This document shows positions 60,381 through 64,000 of a stretch of 64,000 nt of DNA, piece after piece; position 1 is the stretch's first letter; every line of letters starts with the position of its first letter. The position numbers and the translations under genes were made by a program. This DNA comes from an uncultured Gemmatimonadaceae bacterium (GTDB lineage: Bacteria; Gemmatimonadota; Gemmatimonadetes; Gemmatimonadales; Gemmatimonadaceae). Where the stretch lies: positions 384,001 to 448,000 of the forward strand of contig CAVXGK010000002.1 of assembly GCA_963761305.1 (NCBI GenBank), written 5' to 3'. The notes beneath the pieces are model-generated. The model was not told the DNA's origin. It did no database searches and saw nothing but the letters and a program-made list of their open reading frames with translations.

Positions 60381-61657
60381 TCGGGGTCTTTGTCGCGGCG
60401 TTCCAACTGGCGCAGTCGGCGCCCGGAGCGGCGCTCGTGGTGCGCGACGCGCACCACTCGATTCGCGTCGCGACGATCGCGACGGCGGCCGGGCGCATGC
60501 TGCGCCCCGACGGCCTCGCGCCGTTGCTGCCGGTCTCAGTGCGCCACGACTCCGCGGCGTGGTATTCACTCGAGGCGTGGGGCACGCGCGTCCAGGTCCA
60601 GGCGGGTTCGCCCTACGTACGCGTCGGCGCCCAGGTCCGCCAGCTCGCGTCGGCACCGGTCGTCTCGAACGGACGACTCATGGTGCCGCTCCAGATCCTG
60701 TCGGACGTATTTCCGGAGTTCGTTCCCAACACACGGTGGGACGCCGACGCGGGTGAGCTGGTCGTGTTCTCGACCGACATGGCGCCGGGCCCCGTCGTGG
60801 CGCGCGCCGAGCCGAGCGCTCCGGCTGCGCGCGACCGAGAATCGCTCACGACCTCGATCGCGTACGACGACGGTGTCCGTCGGCCGCCGGCGGCCTCGAA
60901 ACACGGCCGGAAAACCGTGATCGTGGATGCGGGGCACGGTGGCGTGGACGACGGTATGACCGGCCCGATCGGCGGCGGCCCCAAGATCTATGAAAAGGAC
61001 ATCACGCTCGCCGTGGCCAGACGGGTCGGCGCGCGACTGCAGGCCAAGGGCCTCGACGTCGTGTACACGCGCACGACGGACACGCTCATCTCGCTCGACG
61101 ACCGCGGCCGCATCGCCAACCGGAACGGCGGCGACCTGTTCATCTCGATTCACGTGAACGCCGCGAACCTCGGCTGGACGGATCCCGAAGGCGCCAGGGG
61201 CGTCGAGACGTACTTCCTCTCCGAGGCGCGGACCGAAGACGCGCGCCGCGTCGAGCGAATGGAGAACGCGGCCGTGCGGTTCGAGCAGAGCGGCCCCGGA
61301 CTCGACACCGGCGACCCGCTTAGTTTCATTCTCAGTGACATGCAGCAGAACGAGCACCTGCGTGAATCCAGCCACGTCGCCGAGCTCATTCAGCATCGCC
61401 TCGCGGCGGTCTCGCCGGGACCCAGCCGTGGCGTCAAGCAAGCGGGGTTTCGCGTGCTCGTGACGGCGTTCATGCCCGCTGTCCTCGTCGAGATCGGATT
61501 CGGCACGAATGGGCGCGAAGCGCGCTATCTCTCCGATCCGACGAAACAGGACTCGATCGCCTCGGCGATCGCGACCGCGGCCGAGCAGTACCTCGACAAC
61601 TACGAGCGCCGGGTCGACGGCGGCAAGTCCGGCACCGGCGGGAGCCAGAACCGGTGA
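60377..61657 (+). CDS. N-acetylmuramoyl-L-alanine amidase (Amidase_3)
   Basis: DAGHGG, EKDITL, FISIHVN, VLVEIGF. Confidence 0.93.
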   Translation: MIGVFVAAFQLAQSAPGAALVVRDAHHSIRVATIATAAGRMLRPDGLAPLLPVSVRHDSAAWYSLEAWGTRVQVQAGSPYVRVGAQVRQLASAPVVSNGRLMVPLQILSDVFPEFVPNTRWDADAGELVVFSTDMAPGPVVARAEPSAPAARDRESLTTSIAYDDGVRRPPAASKHGRKTVIVDAGHGGVDDGMTGPIGGGPKIYEKDITLAVARRVGARLQAKGLDVVYTRTTDTLISLDDRGRIANRNGGDLFISIHVNAANLGWTDPEGARGVETYFLSEARTEDARRVERMENAAVRFEQSGPGLDTGDPLSFILSDMQQNEHLRESSHVAELIQHRLAAVSPGPSRGVKQAGFRVLVTAFMPAVLVEIGFGTNGREARYLSDPTKQDSIASAIATAAEQYLDNYERRVDGGKSGTGGSQNR

Positions 61658-62604
61658 CCTCGCGCCCGACGCTCGAGAGCGTCGTGAGCGGCCTGATATT
61701 TCAAAACCCTATCGTTCTCGCCTCCGGCACCGCGGGCTACGGAGCCGAGCTCGATCGCGTCGTCGAGCTCGAGTTGCTGGGCGGCTTCGTGACGAAGGCG
61801 GTGTCGGTCGAGCCGCGCGCCGGCGCGCCGGCGCCCCGCGTGGCGGAGTTCGAGGGTGGAATGATCAACGCGGTTGGGTTGGCGAACCCCGGCCTCGAGG
61901 TGGTGCGACGCGAGCATCTGCCATGGCTAGCAGGGCATCTGCCAGCGACGCGCAAGATCGCCAACGTCGTCGGCTTCGCGGTCGACGACTATCCGACCGT
62001 CATCGCGGGACTGGAGGAAGGCCTTGCCTCTGCCAACGCGCCGGCGATCGACGCGTACGAGCTGAACGTGAGCTGCCCGAACGTGAAGGCGGGCGGAATG
62101 GAGTTCGGTGCCGACCCGTCGGCCCTGCGCGCCGTCGTAGAGCGCGCCCGTCGTGAAACCAAGCGGCCGGTCTTCGTGAAGCTTTCGCCGACGCTGGAGC
62201 GAATCGGCGACGCCGCCAAGATCGCCGTCGACGCGGGCGCCGATGCGATCAGCGTCGTGAACACGATTCCAGGGCTGCTGATCGACGTCGAGCAGCGTCG
62301 CCCCGCGCTTGGATTCGGCACCGGCGGCGTGAGCGGGCCGGCGATTCTTCCGGTGGGTGTGCTCGCCACCTGGCGCGTCCACCGGGCGGTCCGCGTGCCG
62401 ATCCTCGGCGTCGGCGGTGTGGCGAACGGCCGCGACGCGCTCCAATACATCATGGCCGGCGCGTCGCTCGTGGGAATTGGCACGGCGGCGCTCCGCGATC
62501 CGCGCGCGCCGATGCGCGTCGTGCGCGAGATGACCTCGTGGTGCGAGTCGCACGGCGTCGCGCGCGTGACCGATGTGGTGGGCACCCTCGAGGGGCTCTC
62601 GTGA
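61654..62604 (+). CDS. pyrD: Dihydroorotate dehydrogenase, family 1
   Basis: LASGT, NAVGLANPG, ELNVSCPN, VKLSP, GGVSG. Confidence 0.94.
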   Translation: MTSRPTLESVVSGLIFQNPIVLASGTAGYGAELDRVVELELLGGFVTKAVSVEPRAGAPAPRVAEFEGGMINAVGLANPGLEVVRREHLPWLAGHLPATRKIANVVGFAVDDYPTVIAGLEEGLASANAPAIDAYELNVSCPNVKAGGMEFGADPSALRAVVERARRETKRPVFVKLSPTLERIGDAAKIAVDAGADAISVVNTIPGLLIDVEQRRPALGFGTGGVSGPAILPVGVLATWRVHRAVRVPILGVGGVANGRDALQYIMAGASLVGIGTAALRDPRAPMRVVREMTSWCESHGVARVTDVVGTLEGLS

Positions 62605-63287
62605 CGACGACGCCGATCGTCGCGCTCGACGTCTCGACGGCGTCCGCTGCGCTGGCCCTCGTGACAGAGCTCGGCGACTCCTGCCGGTTCTACAAGGTCG
62701 GCAACGAGCTGTTCACCGCGGCGGGGCCATCGGTGGTGACGGCGATCCGCGAGACGGGATGCGAGGTCTTTCTCGACCTCAAGTTCCACGACATTCCGAA
62801 CACCGTCGCCGGCGGAGTGCGGAACGCGGCCAAGCTCGGCGCGTCACTCGTGACGGTCCACGCGTCGGGCGGCGCGGCGATGATGCGCGCGGCGGTCAAT
62901 GCGGCCGGAACATGTCGAGTCCTCGCGGTCACGGTGCTGACATCTCTCACGACCGGGGAAGTCGCGCGCGCCTGGGGGCGTGACGCTTCGCTGAGCGTAG
63001 AGACCGAGGTGTTGAGGCTGAGCGACTTGGCTGCCGAGTGCGGAGCACACGGGATCGTTTGCGGAGGGCGCGAAGCCCGGCTCGTGCGCGACCGATTCGG
63101 GGACCGTCTGTCTGTTCTGGTTCCGGGCGTCCGGGCGGCGGGCAGCGATGCGCAGGATCAGGCGAGAGTGGTGACCCCGCGCGAGGCCGCCGATGCAGGG
63201 GCGCTCTATGTGGTGGTCGGCCGGATGGTCACGGGGGCCGAGGATCGGCGCGCGGCGATGCAGGCCGTGCGGCTCGCACTCGAATAG
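62601..63287 (+). CDS. pyrF: Orotidine-5'-phosphate decarboxylase
   Basis: IVALD, FLDLKFHDIPNT, VTVLTS, PGVR, DQAR. Confidence 0.95.
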   Translation: MTTTPIVALDVSTASAALALVTELGDSCRFYKVGNELFTAAGPSVVTAIRETGCEVFLDLKFHDIPNTVAGGVRNAAKLGASLVTVHASGGAAMMRAAVNAAGTCRVLAVTVLTSLTTGEVARAWGRDASLSVETEVLRLSDLAAECGAHGIVCGGREARLVRDRFGDRLSVLVPGVRAAGSDAQDQARVVTPREAADAGALYVVVGRMVTGAEDRRAAMQAVRLALE

Positions 63288-63435
63288 CCGTGCCGGCGGC
63301 GCGGTGGATGGGCTCGGCCAACTATCGAGCTGGCGTCCTCCCCTTGATCGAAGTCTCGGTCTCATTTATTGTTAGGGTCTGTCTAGAAACGTCTTTCTCG
63401 ACGCACGAGCCGTGCGTCGTTTTTTCGGAGCGTCC

Positions 63436-63552
63436 GTGAAAGTTCGTACGAGCGTAAAGCCGATCTGTGAGCACTGCAAAGTCGTGAAGCGAAACGGCGT
63501 GACTCGCATCATCTGCAAGCGCAATCCCAAGCACAAGCAGCGTCAGGGCTGA
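63436..63552 (+). CDS. rpmJ: 50S ribosomal protein L36 (below ORF-track cutoff)
   Basis: GTG start; [38 protein letters not shown]. Confidence 0.97.
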   Translation: MKVRTSVKPICEHCKVVKRNGVTRIICKRNPKHKQRQG

Positions 63553-63557
63553 TCATC

Positions 63558-63935
63558 ATGGCTCGTATTGCTGGCGTCGATCTCCCTCGCGACAAGAAGG
63601 TCGAGATCGGTCTCACGTACATCTACGGCATCGGGCGAAAGAACGCCGCCGAGATCATCAAGAAGAGCGGTGTCGATGCGGCGCTACGCATTCGCGACCT
63701 CACCGACGCGGACGTGAACAAGATCCGCGGCGCGATCGAGCGCGAGTACAAAGTCGAGGGCGCGCTCCGCACCGAGGTCGCCATGAACATCAAGCGACTG
63801 ATGGACATCGGCTCGTACCGCGGCATCCGGCACCGCAAGGGGCTGCCGGTGCGCGGCCAGCGCACACACACGAACGCCCGCACGAAGAAGGGTCCGCGCC
63901 GCGCGATCGCCGGCAAGAAGAAGGTCACGAAGTAG
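63558..63935 (+). CDS. rpsM: 30S ribosomal protein S13
   Basis: [10 protein letters not shown]...[15 protein letters not shown]. Confidence 0.98.
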   Translation: MARIAGVDLPRDKKVEIGLTYIYGIGRKNAAEIIKKSGVDAALRIRDLTDADVNKIRGAIEREYKVEGALRTEVAMNIKRLMDIGSYRGIRHRKGLPVRGQRTHTNARTKKGPRRAIAGKKKVTK

Positions 63936-64000
63936 CTGCAGAATTCCGAGCGGAGGTGCGAAGCGCCGAAGCGAGGAACCATGAACGTCATCGCGACCAC

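Overview
GC-rich bacterial chromosomal window. Gene style and content suggest Gemmatimonadota, but this is inference and was not verified. Layout: (1) 1-3713 holds the end of an alternative complex III operon (actC-D-E-F) and a convergent trxC. (2) tRNA-Ala(TGC) at 3778-3850 is followed by a ~15 kb integrase-free accessory patch (3851-19050). It contains regulators, an S41 peptidase, TetR-SulP, two gene remnants, a lone Xre/MbcA/ParS-type antitoxin domain, four paralogues of an unknown ~100-aa helical protein, and a ~1.8 kb gene-free block of nested inverted repeats, hairpins and 21-bp periodic sequence (17290-19030). (3) The rest is core-like: FKBP, peroxiredoxin, two two-component pairs (one enhancer-binding protein has a degenerate ATPase), tonB-exbB-exbD-exbD, a divergent membrane pyrophosphatase behind a terminator-containing structured leader, transporters, an iorAB-like molybdoenzyme, an amino-sugar/peptidoglycan-recycling cluster, inositol-phospholipid genes, an E2 acyltransferase-trxB-aspA run, tRNA-Leu(CAG), smpB, amidase, pyrD, pyrF, rpmJ and rpsM. 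Two transporter genes each carry two +1 frameshifts, probably sequencing errors. The best novelty candidates are the paired inverted-repeat cassettes at 18066-18868, the four-member small-protein family, and the hppA leader.
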